Shown here: piece after piece, positions 19,525-27,940 of the stretch
Layout: each line of letters starts with the position of its first letter
Position numbering within the stretch: position 1 is the first letter of the stretch
Source of the DNA: Candidatus Xenobia bacterium
GTDB taxonomy: Bacteria > Vulcanimicrobiota > Xenobia > Xenobiales > QWHO01
Direction: 5' to 3'
Length of the DNA: 35,919 bases
NCBI GenBank assembly: GCA_045863235.1
Contig: BTUM01000081.1
Span: forward strand, 1-35,919
Made by a program: the position numbers and the translations under genes
The notes under the pieces: generated by a model
The model's input: only the letters and a program-made list of their open reading frames with translations
Told to the model about the DNA's origin: nothing
Database searches by the model: none

Positions 19525-20312
19525 GCGTGTCTGAGCCAGAACACGCTGGAGCGGGGCAGCGGGGTCAGGTCGAGCAGGGGCCGGACCAGGGGAAAGCTCC
19601 GCTGGGCCAGCCGGCAACAGGTCTCGCCCGAGATCCCCAGAAAGCGCCCCACGAAGGTGAGCATGGTGGCCAGGGAGGCCTCGCTGAAGGCCATGTCCCG
19701 CTCGACGGTGGCTTTCAGCCCGACGCTCTGGAAGAGGCGCATGTAGTGCTCCACCCGGCGGTAGCGGACGGGCAGGTCGTGGCGGATGGTGAGACGCGGA
19801 TAGGGCCATGGCACGGTGGAGACGCGCACGTAAGCCAGCCCGTCCGGCTTGAGGTGACGCCGCACGACCTGCATCAGCCCGGGCAGGTCGGGGTCGTCGA
19901 ACAGGCCCAGCGCCCCTCCCAGCACGACCAGGTCGAAGCGCTCCTCCAACGAGACCTCGAGCAGCGAGCCCACCTGGAACTTCAGGTGCTCCAGGCCGCG
20001 CTCTTTTGCCTGGCGGGCCGCCTCTTCCACGAAGGCGGGGGCGATATCGTAGCCCAGCCAGGAGCGCACCAGCGAGGACAGCTCGACGGCCCAGAGCCCG
20101 GGGCCGCAGCCCAGGTCGAGCACGGTGGGGGGCTCGGCCAGACGCAGGATCTCTTCGGCCAGGCGGTCGATCTGGCGCCGCCGGATGCTCCGGTGGAAGG
20201 CCAGAGGAAGCTGGGAGTTGTGGGCCGCCACCTGGTCGAGATCGATGGTGGCCTGGCGTGAGGCCTGATCCCAGTAGGCCTCACCGCGGGTTGAGTCGAG
20301 CGGGCGTGGCAT
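19521..20312 (-). CDS. Class I SAM-dependent methyltransferase
   Basis: VLDLGCGPG, GYDIA, FDLVV, HLKPDG. Confidence 0.85.
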   Translation of the reverse strand: MPRPLDSTRGEAYWDQASRQATIDLDQVAAHNSQLPLAFHRSIRRRQIDRLAEEILRLAEPPTVLDLGCGPGLWAVELSSLVRSWLGYDIAPAFVEEAARQAKERGLEHLKFQVGSLLEVSLEERFDLVVLGGALGLFDDPDLPGLMQVVRRHLKPDGLAYVRVSTVPWPYPRLTIRHDLPVRYRRVEHYMRLFQSVGLKATVERDMAFSEASLATMLTFVGRFLGISGETCCRLAQRSFPLVRPLLDLTPLPRSSVFWLRHA

Positions 20313-20371
20313 GGTTCAGTCGTCATCCTCCACGGGTGCAGCGGTGGCAGCTTCGGCCCGGATCTCCGGTG

Positions 20372-21403
20372 TCACGGGATATTCTCCACCAGATCGGCCA
20401 GTGCGCGCCGCGGTGGCGAGCGGTGCTCGTGCTCGGGGTAGCCCATCCGAAGCATCAGGTGCGGGGTCGTCCCCGAGGTCCAGCGCGCCAGCCAGGCGCG
20501 GGTATCGGGCAGCTCGAGCGGCTGGTTGAGGTAAGAAGCCTGCAGCCCGGCCAGGACGCCCTCGAGCAGGACGCGCTGGAGACCCTGGCCCACCATCAGC
20601 CAGTGGCACACGGTATCCCCCGGAGCGGCCAGAAGAGCCAGCAATGGCGCCCGGCGGGCAAGCTCCTGGTCACGCTCTCCGCGGGCCTGGCCGTTGCCCT
20701 TGAAGCGCATCAGCCAGCGGGGCAAGCTGGCCGCAAAGTCATCCAGAATGGTGATCTCGATCCCTTCAGCCACCTGCACCCCGTCGGCCTCGATGTGGGT
20801 GGTGATCCAGCGATCGAGCGCCTGACGATACAGCGGGTCGGTGGCCACCCGCACGTCCACCTCGCCGATCAGGCCGATGGCCTCGTTCTTCAGCTCTCCG
20901 GTCAGGGGGAGAAACCGACAGCCTTCGGTCAGACCCGCTTCCTGCATGGCCCAGAGGACATCGGACTCGACCTGCCTGTCCTGGAACGGAAGGCGATGGG
21001 TATGGCGGCGAGGGATGGCCGGCCAGAGGCGAGCCAGCGGACTTGCGCCGCTCGACTCGGTAAGATGCACGCGAGCGAGCAGGTCGCTGTCTGCTTCCTC
21101 CGGGAGCAGGTGAACTCTGCAGCCCAGGCCGTGGGCCTCCAGGGCGACCCGCAGGTTGAACAGGGCGGCCCCGCAGGAGATGGTCAGCTCGCGGTCCTGG
21201 GGATCGATAACCGGCAGACGGCGGCGCCGGTCGGCGCGGATGTCCACAAAGTCCTCGTGGAGACGAAAGAGCCAGGGCTGGGTGTTGTGGCCCGAGGGGG
21301 CCAGAATGGCGGCGTTCAACGCGAAGTGAAGCTTCTCGCGAGAGCTTCCCCGGGCTGGAAAGGCGAGTTTCTCCAGGTCAACGGCGTGCCGACGCGTCAT
21401 CAC
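20372..21403 (-). CDS. Acg-type (Rv2032/Rv3131-like) FMN-binding nitroreductase
   Basis: AILAPSGHNTQPW, DPQDRELTISCGAALFNL, IPRRHTHR, GQGLQRVLL, LNQPLE, LRMGY. Confidence 0.9.
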   Translation of the reverse strand: MMTRRHAVDLEKLAFPARGSSREKLHFALNAAILAPSGHNTQPWLFRLHEDFVDIRADRRRRLPVIDPQDRELTISCGAALFNLRVALEAHGLGCRVHLLPEEADSDLLARVHLTESSGASPLARLWPAIPRRHTHRLPFQDRQVESDVLWAMQEAGLTEGCRFLPLTGELKNEAIGLIGEVDVRVATDPLYRQALDRWITTHIEADGVQVAEGIEITILDDFAASLPRWLMRFKGNGQARGERDQELARRAPLLALLAAPGDTVCHWLMVGQGLQRVLLEGVLAGLQASYLNQPLELPDTRAWLARWTSGTTPHLMLRMGYPEHEHRSPPRRALADLVENIP

Positions 21404-21437
21404 AGATCCAAGCTAGCACTCGCGTCGGCAGCAGACG

Positions 21438-21451
21438 ATGATCTAGATCAA
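21438..21451 (-). promoter_or_regulatory. Crp/Fnr-type box with extended -10 TGcTAGCTT (hexamer 21410-21415)
   Basis: TTGATCTAGATCAT; 22 bp to -10; 6 nt to GTG 21403. Confidence 0.8.
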
Positions 21452-21547
21452 TTTTGCTCTCGAGCAAGGGGGACAGGACTTCGGCCCTGGCCATTGGACT
21501 CGGTAGTCACGCCTCGCAAGGCTGGGCTTCGAGGTGAGCCTGACCCC

Positions 21548-23389
21548 CTACTTGATCGTGGCGTAGACATCTGACAACGCCTTGATCAGCGCATCGCGCG
21601 GGATGAGCGGGTCGACCGGCGTGACCGGCGCATTATCCGGCCCGACCGGCGACTGCTGAGGGCTGGTCCGCCCGGACCCGAGCGCCGTCGAGTAGAGTCC
21701 GAACGCCTCCTGGTCGTGGTATCCATTGGGCATGCCGGGGTCGGCCGGTCCGCCGTTCCAGGTGGCTGCGCGGCTGGGGTCTCCCGGGAAGAGCGCATAG
21801 GGCGGCTGCTTCCACCACTCGTCCGAGAACTCGAAGTAGTAGACTCCGAGCACCAGGTCGTTGGCGAAGGCCTTGGTGACCATATCCGTGATCACCTTTG
21901 CTGCCTTGTCGTGCGTGGTGGCATCTTCATACAGCGAGTCGAGATCGTTTTCGTTCCGGTGGCCTACCCCGGGCCACCCGAACTCCGTGAAGATGACCGG
22001 CTTTTTGTTGGCCCCGGTCAGACTGCCGAAGCGCCCCGGAAGATTGCCCAGCAGCGGCTCCTCGAGCGTCTTGCTCTGGTAGGTATTGACCCCGTAGAAG
22101 TCGATGTCTGTGAGCTGCGTGAAGTAGGGATTCCCGGTCGGAACCGCGCTGCCGTAGTAAACGAACGGCTGGTTGTCGTGCGCCGCCCAGCCCACCAGTT
22201 TACCGGGAGCGACGCTCTTGATCGTGGCCGAATATTCCTTGAGCCTGCCGTAGTAAAAGTCGGAGTCTGCATTCTGCACTCCGCCGGTCGGGGGCTGACT
22301 CTGATTGACCTCGGGCCAGGCCGAGCGGTTCTCGTCGATCTCGTTGAAGAGCGTGAACCCGATCACCGCTGGATGATTGCCCACGTCCGTGGCCGTCTCC
22401 TTGAGCACGAACTCCCAGTAGGCCTTCAGCTCCGGCGTTGCTCCGCCGTAGCGGTAGAGCACTTCGGGAGGCATCGGAATGCCCACCAGCACGTAGAGCG
22501 GATCTTTGCCGTTGTTCCAGCACTTGTCCAGGAACTCTTTATGGGTGAAGTGTTGGAACGCGTCCGGCGGGCTGGGGACCTTGCCCGGCTGGAACGCCGG
22601 GTTCGCGTTCTCGTCGTAGACGAACAGCTGGCGCGAGAGCATGCAGTAGACACGAAGGCTGTTGCAGCCCAGCGCCCGGATCTTGCTCAGGTCGTCGCGG
22701 CCCTGCAACGATCTGTTATAGGGGAGACTTCCTTTGCCCCATAGCGCAAACCAGTTGTCGGCGTCGGGCGTGGTATCCCAGAACAGGTCGCCGATCGAGG
22801 GCGCGTCGACGTTCTTATACTGAATCGGGGCGGGGGAGTAGCACACACCCTTCAGCCTGACGGGGATGTCCTCTTTGCCCTGGACACCCCGGTTCCGGGT
22901 CACGTCCACGTCTTCACCGTCGATGGTGGTCGTCAGATTGAACCCGGCGCCGTCGTTCTGGACCTCCCAGCTCGTCGCGTGGGGGTCGACCGGCTGCTCG
23001 TCATGGTCGAGCGGGGTTACCAGCCCGACCCCGTTCACGATGGGGACCTCGGCGCGCAGCAGCAGGAAGCCGCCGTTACGGAGATAGTCGATCTCGATCA
23101 GGCCGTTCTGGATATCGGGCACCCCATCGAAATGCACTTCGGGGGCCAGCGGTTGCTGGATGGGGCCGTAGACCAGTTGGCCTGCGGCGTCGAAGATCTC
23201 GACTTCTATGGTGTCGGCTCGGTCCCCGGTCACGGTGGCCGGCTGGCCGTTGTCCACCAGGGTGATGCGGCCCTGGACGGGCTCCACTGGCTCCTGGTTG
23301 GCCGAGGTGTTGTTGGAGTCCGAGCAGCCGGTCAGTCCTGTGAACAGCACGCAGCCCAGAAGGGAGCCAAGGAGTAACCGATTCATCAT
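21548..23389 (-). CDS. Lipoprotein glycoside hydrolase, clan GH-A TIM barrel
   Basis: Lipobox LTGC; LKGVCYSP, GCNSLRVY, FNE acid/base, IFTEFG nucleophile, FEFSDEWWK; GAGGTG SD. Confidence 0.8.
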   Translation of the reverse strand: MMNRLLLGSLLGCVLFTGLTGCSDSNNTSANQEPVEPVQGRITLVDNGQPATVTGDRADTIEVEIFDAAGQLVYGPIQQPLAPEVHFDGVPDIQNGLIEIDYLRNGGFLLLRAEVPIVNGVGLVTPLDHDEQPVDPHATSWEVQNDGAGFNLTTTIDGEDVDVTRNRGVQGKEDIPVRLKGVCYSPAPIQYKNVDAPSIGDLFWDTTPDADNWFALWGKGSLPYNRSLQGRDDLSKIRALGCNSLRVYCMLSRQLFVYDENANPAFQPGKVPSPPDAFQHFTHKEFLDKCWNNGKDPLYVLVGIPMPPEVLYRYGGATPELKAYWEFVLKETATDVGNHPAVIGFTLFNEIDENRSAWPEVNQSQPPTGGVQNADSDFYYGRLKEYSATIKSVAPGKLVGWAAHDNQPFVYYGSAVPTGNPYFTQLTDIDFYGVNTYQSKTLEEPLLGNLPGRFGSLTGANKKPVIFTEFGWPGVGHRNENDLDSLYEDATTHDKAAKVITDMVTKAFANDLVLGVYYFEFSDEWWKQPPYALFPGDPSRAATWNGGPADPGMPNGYHDQEAFGLYSTALGSGRTSPQQSPVGPDNAPVTPVDPLIPRDALIKALSDVYATIK

Positions 23390-23592
23390 GCCACCTCGCC
23401 ACTAGTTCGCGCAGTGTTCGGGACTGCGGATTTTTCTTCCTCTGGTGGGTTTTGTCCACTGGACGCTAACTACACGGGAAGACCTGAGGGGGAGGTGAAA
23501 AGGTTCCGACTACCCCGGCGCCTCCTCGAGAAGCTTCACCTACGACATCCTGGGCCTCCCGCCTTGACTTCGCGACTGTCGTCGCTGAATTT

Positions 23593-24270
23593 TCAGGCGG
23601 CGACCACCTCGCCGGCCGAGTTGCGCAGCTCCTCCAGGTCGAGCAGTATGAACTTGCCGCCCCCCAGCGTCTCGAGCGCGCCGTCCTCGCGCAGGGTCTT
23701 GAGGGTGCGCGACAAGGTCTCGGCCGTGACCCCCAGCATGCGGGCGATCAGGAGCTGCTGGGCCGGAAGCTCGAGCTCGACGGGAGCTGTGGCCCCTTCC
23801 GGCAGCAGGCCGAGCAGGTAGCGGCTGATGCGCCCCCGCGCGTCGCGCAGGGTCAGGTCCTCGACCATGGCCACCATCCGGCGCAGCTTGAGGGCCATGC
23901 CGGCCATCATGCGCAGGGCCAGGTCGGGGTCGGCGTGCAACCTGCGCACGAAGGTGTCGCGCTCCACGAAGAGGAGCTCGCAGTCGTCCAGGCACTCGGT
24001 CGAGGCCGGGTAGCCGCCGCCCATGAATACGGCTGCCTCGGCGAAGGTCTGGCCCGGCAGGATGACCGCCAGCACCTGCTCGGTGCCCCGGGGCGAGGTC
24101 TTGAAGATCTTGACCGAGCCGCTGAGCACCACGTAGAACCCGCGCACCGGGTCGCCCTCGTCGAAAATTCGAGTACCGATGGCCATCTTGCGCTTCTGGA
24201 GCGCGGGCTGCAAAGCCTCGACGTCCTCCGGGCTGAGTCCGGAGAAGAGCGGGAGCCGGGTTATGTCCAC
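23593..24270 (-). CDS. Crp/Fnr-family transcriptional regulator (Dnr/HcpR-like, no FNR N-terminal Cys cluster)
   Basis: LPLFSGL, IFDEGD, GQTFAEAAVF, YPA, HTH LGVTAETLSRTL (ExxSR recognition helix); start GTG 24270. Confidence 0.9.
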   Translation of the reverse strand: MDITRLPLFSGLSPEDVEALQPALQKRKMAIGTRIFDEGDPVRGFYVVLSGSVKIFKTSPRGTEQVLAVILPGQTFAEAAVFMGGGYPASTECLDDCELLFVERDTFVRRLHADPDLALRMMAGMALKLRRMVAMVEDLTLRDARGRISRYLLGLLPEGATAPVELELPAQQLLIARMLGVTAETLSRTLKTLREDGALETLGGGKFILLDLEELRNSAGEVVAA

Positions 24271-24284
24271 TTGATCTGCCTCAA
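24271..24284 (+). promoter_or_regulatory. Crp/Fnr-type box between regulator and hemerythrin-like gene; -10 TACACT (24308-24313)
   Basis: TTGATCTGCCTCAA; 23 bp to -10; abuts the regulator start codon. Confidence 0.8.
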
Positions 24285-24325
24285 CGATCCTTCGGGTCTG
24301 GTGGGGGTACACTCCGCAGAGAACC

Positions 24326-24631
24326 ATGAACGATTTTGCATCGCAGCACGAACACCTGCGCTCGCTCCTGGTGGAGGGGGACTATCCAGCCTTCTTGAGA
24401 GAGCTCGAAGACCACGCCCGCAAGGAAGAGAGGGCCGTCTACCGCTGGCTCCGGCCCGCCCTGGACCCTATGGGTCCTCCGTGGCTCGAGCGCAGCCTGG
24501 TGTTTGCCGAGCTCCTGGAGCTGGCCGGTCGGGGCGATCAGGCGGCGCGAATGCTCTTTGAGCGATTGGTGGAGCTGGAGGAAGAGGTGCTCTTCCCGCT
24601 GGCCGACCGGTTGCGGCCCGGCTGGCGCTAG
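24326..24631 (+). CDS. Small hemerythrin/HHE-like protein
   Basis: QHEHLR, DHARKEE, EEEVLFPLA. Confidence 0.65.
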   Translation: MNDFASQHEHLRSLLVEGDYPAFLRELEDHARKEERAVYRWLRPALDPMGPPWLERSLVFAELLELAGRGDQAARMLFERLVELEEEVLFPLADRLRPGWR

Positions 24632-24699
24632 CGAAGTCCGTCTTAATCCTTTTGAGTCAAGCCACCAGCAGCGCGGAGAGCCCCCGCGAGCTCCGGGGT

Positions 24700-25788
24700 T
24701 CAAAGAGGATTGGCAGGACGAAGCACCTGAAGCGCTTCCGGCAGGGTCGTTTTCACCGGAGAGCTCAGGCGCGGCGCTCGAGCGGCACTGAGGACCATGC
24801 AGGCCTGAAAGGCCAGGATGGCGGCGGCGTTTCCCAGGGCCGCCAGAGGTCGTAGCTCCAGCGGACCCGCCAGGTCGGCCCAGACTCGCACAGCCAGGGA
24901 CAGGTGGAGCAAGAGCAGCGGGCCATAGAAGACCCGGCGATAGGGAATGCGAAGACCTGTCAGCGCCGGGAAGATCAAGGGCCCGTGTCCGAAGATCATG
25001 GCCATGACGAACCCCAGAAAGACGGCGTGCAGCGCGGCGTCGCGCCAGGGGCCCGCGGCCGGCAGCCCTCCTGTTGTGAGCAGCAGCCCTCCGAGACCCA
25101 GCCAGAAGTACCCGGTCAACAGGCAGACCGCGATATAGCGGGTCAGGCCCCGGGCCCGCACCGTGCGCCAGGCCAGGTCGAAACGCCCCAACCAGGCGGT
25201 CAGCCCCAGGAAGGCCAGGCCGACCAGGGCCGGGTCGAGCCACAGGCCCAGCAAAAGCAAGAGCACGCACGACAGGAAGGCGGCCCGGCTCCAGGCGGGA
25301 GGCTGGCGCAGGCGGGACAACTCCAGGCGCTCGGCGGCGATGGTCAGCACCAGAAACGAGGCCCACCACAGCACCACCTGACCGGGCGGGCGGCCGCTCG
25401 CCCACAGCAGGTTGCCCATCCCGAGAGCCAGCGTGCCCAGGACCATGGTATTGCTGGAGGTCGAGGGTTGGAGGCGGTGCAGGGCCAGGTTGGCGGCCAG
25501 GAGCACCAGGCTCCCGGTCAGGATGACAAAGCTGCCCGGATGGCCCGAGACCAGCAAGGCGGCCCCGCTCGTCATCAGGAGCGGGGCCAGGTAGGCCCAG
25601 CCCTGGCCCAGGGCCACGGCTCGCTCCAGCGCGATCAGGGTGCCAAGGAATCCAGCCGCCAGCAAAGGTCCGTGGAGTGCCGCAAGGTGCGCCGGAGTCA
25701 GTCCCCACCCCAGACGGTTCAGGCCGGTGGCCAGACCCAGCAGCAGCCAGAGCCCGGCCGAGAGCATCACCAGCAAACGCATCCTCAC
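24700..25788 (-). CDS. Polytopic membrane protein, NnrS-like
   Basis: HGPLLAAGFLGTLIALERAVA, LTIAAERLELSR, DAALHAVFLGFVMAMIFGHGPLIFP; GTG 25788 is 6 nt after -10. Confidence 0.75.
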   Translation of the reverse strand: MRMRLLVMLSAGLWLLLGLATGLNRLGWGLTPAHLAALHGPLLAAGFLGTLIALERAVALGQGWAYLAPLLMTSGAALLVSGHPGSFVILTGSLVLLAANLALHRLQPSTSSNTMVLGTLALGMGNLLWASGRPPGQVVLWWASFLVLTIAAERLELSRLRQPPAWSRAAFLSCVLLLLLGLWLDPALVGLAFLGLTAWLGRFDLAWRTVRARGLTRYIAVCLLTGYFWLGLGGLLLTTGGLPAAGPWRDAALHAVFLGFVMAMIFGHGPLIFPALTGLRIPYRRVFYGPLLLLHLSLAVRVWADLAGPLELRPLAALGNAAAILAFQACMVLSAARAPRLSSPVKTTLPEALQVLRPANPL

Positions 25789-25822
25789 CCTTGCAGCTTG
25801 CCTGAGCGCGAAGGTGGTTGCG

Positions 25823-25909
25823 ATGACCCGGATCAAGTTGACCTGGCTCAATGCGAGCTTGATGGGCCTGGCTCAGTTTTGCAGCTGGGATCAAGTTGAC
25901 CTGGCTCAA
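25823..25909. promoter_or_regulatory. Divergent promoter region with three Crp/Fnr-type boxes (25823-25836, 25838-25851, 25896-25909)
   Basis: ATGACCCGGATCAA and TTGACCTGGCTCAA x2; -10 CAAGCT (minus strand, 25795-25800) and TAGGCT (plus strand, 25932-25937), each 22 bp from a box. Confidence 0.8.
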
Positions 25910-25944
25910 TGCTCTCTCGAGCTTGATGGGCTAGGCTCAGTCTT

Positions 25945-27054
25945 GTGGCGAGCTGGGAGCGCATCCAGGAGCGAGGCCGGATTCTGCTGGTGCGAGACCG
26001 GCTGGAGCGCTATCAACTGGACGAGGCAGGGCGCCCGCTGGGCTGGGTCCGCGCAGGGCGCACCTATCGACGCGGGCTGGACGGCACGGTGCTCGAGCTT
26101 CGCCGGCGAGACGAGGGCCCGGATCGTTTCCACGACGTGCGCCGACTCGAGTCTCGTGAGCTCACCGAGCAACTCGAGCTGGTTCGTCATCGCCTTCGCG
26201 AGGCGGGCGAGAACGTGGAGCTTGACTGGGAAGCGGACGCAGCCCGCTTTCGCCAGCTGTACGGCCGGGTGGGCATCTTGCCGCCCGATCAGTATGCCAG
26301 CCTGGTGCTGCAGCTCACCCGGGGCTGCTCCTACAATCGCTGCTCGTTCTGTAGCTTCTTTCGCCAGGAGCGCTTTGAGATTCGCTCGGGCAGCCAGTTT
26401 CGCTCCCACCTGGAGGCGGCCCGGCGGGCCTTCGGGGCGGGCTTGACGGCCCGCCGGGGAACCTTCCTGGGCGATGCCAGCGCCGCCAGCATCTCGACTC
26501 CGGCCTTGCTCGAAGGATTGCGAGCCGTCCGGGAAGCCTTTCCGACCCCCACTCCTCAGAGACTGGACCAGGTGGGAGCCTTCCTGGATACCTTCACGAC
26601 GAGGCGCAGCGAGTCAGAATGGAGCGAGCTGGCCGCGGCCGGACTGCGGGAGGTCTATCTGGGGGTGGAGTCCGGCTGCAAGACCGTCCTCAAGCTGTTG
26701 AGAAAGCCCGGTCACCCGCGCCTGGTGGAGCAGCTGGTGGAGCGGCTGAAGGCCGCCCGACTTGGGGTGAACGTCATCTTGATGACGGGGGCCGGGGGGC
26801 GCGAGCTGGCTGATGAGCACACCAGAGCCTCGGCTGCACTGCTCGCGCGCCTCCCCCTGGGCCCGGGCGATCGGGTCTATCTCTCCGACCTCGAGGTCCA
26901 CCCCGGGAGCGATTACGCCGCTTTGAATCTGACCGCCCTGAACCGTCGCGAGTGCCGCCAGCAAGCCAGGGAGATCCGGCAGCTGGCGGGCTACGCGCCC
27001 CCTCCGCGGGGGCCGGGGGTGACCTTGTACGACATCCGGCAGTTTACCTATTGA
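25945..27054 (+). CDS. Radical SAM protein, function unknown
   Basis: LQLTRGCSYNRCSFC (CxxxCxxC), FLGDA, VYLGVESG. Confidence 0.85.
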   Translation: MASWERIQERGRILLVRDRLERYQLDEAGRPLGWVRAGRTYRRGLDGTVLELRRRDEGPDRFHDVRRLESRELTEQLELVRHRLREAGENVELDWEADAARFRQLYGRVGILPPDQYASLVLQLTRGCSYNRCSFCSFFRQERFEIRSGSQFRSHLEAARRAFGAGLTARRGTFLGDASAASISTPALLEGLRAVREAFPTPTPQRLDQVGAFLDTFTTRRSESEWSELAAAGLREVYLGVESGCKTVLKLLRKPGHPRLVEQLVERLKAARLGVNVILMTGAGGRELADEHTRASAALLARLPLGPGDRVYLSDLEVHPGSDYAALNLTALNRRECRQQAREIRQLAGYAPPPRGPGVTLYDIRQFTY

Positions 27055-27128
27055 CCATGCTGGGCCGTCAGACCGCAGGCAAAGCCGGGTTGAGAGGAAG
27101 CTGGAATTATTTATGGAACTACATACAT

Positions 27129-27362
27129 ATGCCGCAGCTGAATCTCCAGTTGACCCCTGAGTTTGAGGACAAGCTTCGTCGGTTCATGCAGGCTCGTAGG
27201 ATAAAGACCAAGTCTGAGGCGATTCGCGTGGCGGTTGAGGAGAGCCTGGAGCGCTCTTGTGAGGCTTTTCGATTTGACTGGGCACAGCTGCGCGGGCGTG
27301 GCCTGGGTGTCAACCCGAGCCCTCGCTTTCAATGCGACGACGACCTGTGGAGCGATGTTTGA
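27129..27362 (+). CDS. vapB: Type II antitoxin, ribbon-helix-helix (VapB-like)
   Basis: QLNLQL...KTKSEAIRVAV RHH pattern; stop overlaps toxin start. Confidence 0.75.
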   Translation: MPQLNLQLTPEFEDKLRRFMQARRIKTKSEAIRVAVEESLERSCEAFRFDWAQLRGRGLGVNPSPRFQCDDDLWSDV

Positions 27363-27733
27363 CGGTTGATAGCTCCGTGCTCCTTGCGATATTGTTCGCC
27401 GAGCCTCAAATGGCATGGGCGGAGGCCCAATTACAGGCTGCCGCAGGCCGCCTGGTCATGAGCACCGTGAACCTGAGCGAGGTTCTCATCCGACTCAAGG
27501 ATCGACGCGTCCCAGACTATTCCGAGGTTGAGGCCGCTCTCTTGAACTCAGGCATTCAGTTCATCCCCCCGGATGTCCACCAGGCAAGAATTGCCGCCCA
27601 GGCAAGACTGGACTTTCCTCTGAACCTGGGCGACTGTTTCGCCTACGCGCTGGCCAAAACCATGGATTGCCCGATCCTCACCCTGGATCGAGATTTCCGC
27701 GCCACAGACGCGGCAACGGTCTCGCCACCCTGA
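27359..27733 (+). CDS. vapC: Type II toxin, PIN-domain VapC
   Basis: VDSSVLLAILFAE, STVNLSE, LNLGDCFAYALAK, LTLDRDF. Confidence 0.9.
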   Translation: MTVDSSVLLAILFAEPQMAWAEAQLQAAAGRLVMSTVNLSEVLIRLKDRRVPDYSEVEAALLNSGIQFIPPDVHQARIAAQARLDFPLNLGDCFAYALAKTMDCPILTLDRDFRATDAATVSPP

Positions 27734-27820
27734 GCAGCTTGCTCATGGTATCCGTGTAGGACTGTCGACCGTTCCTCTCGTCGCTGAGAAACTCCCCTCC
27801 CCGACCCCGAGGCTACGCCC

Positions 27821-27889
27821 GAAACTTCTCGGTACGGCCCTGGCAAAGTGCGTATTACCGACCATTCAGCCCCGTACCGAGAAAGTTTC
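27821..27889. repeat. 17/18-bp inverted repeat downstream of vapC
   Basis: GAAACTTCTCGGTACGG (27821-27837) / CCGTACCGAGAAAGTTTC (27872-27889). Confidence 0.75.
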
Positions 27890-27940
27890 CCGGTAGACCG
27901 CTCACCCGCCCGACCCCAGGTATGACATCCGGCAGTTTGC

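Noticed and set aside
23593..24270. O2-sensing [4Fe-4S] FNR
   Set aside because: No N-terminal Cys cluster in the likely protein; better treated as Dnr/HcpR-like
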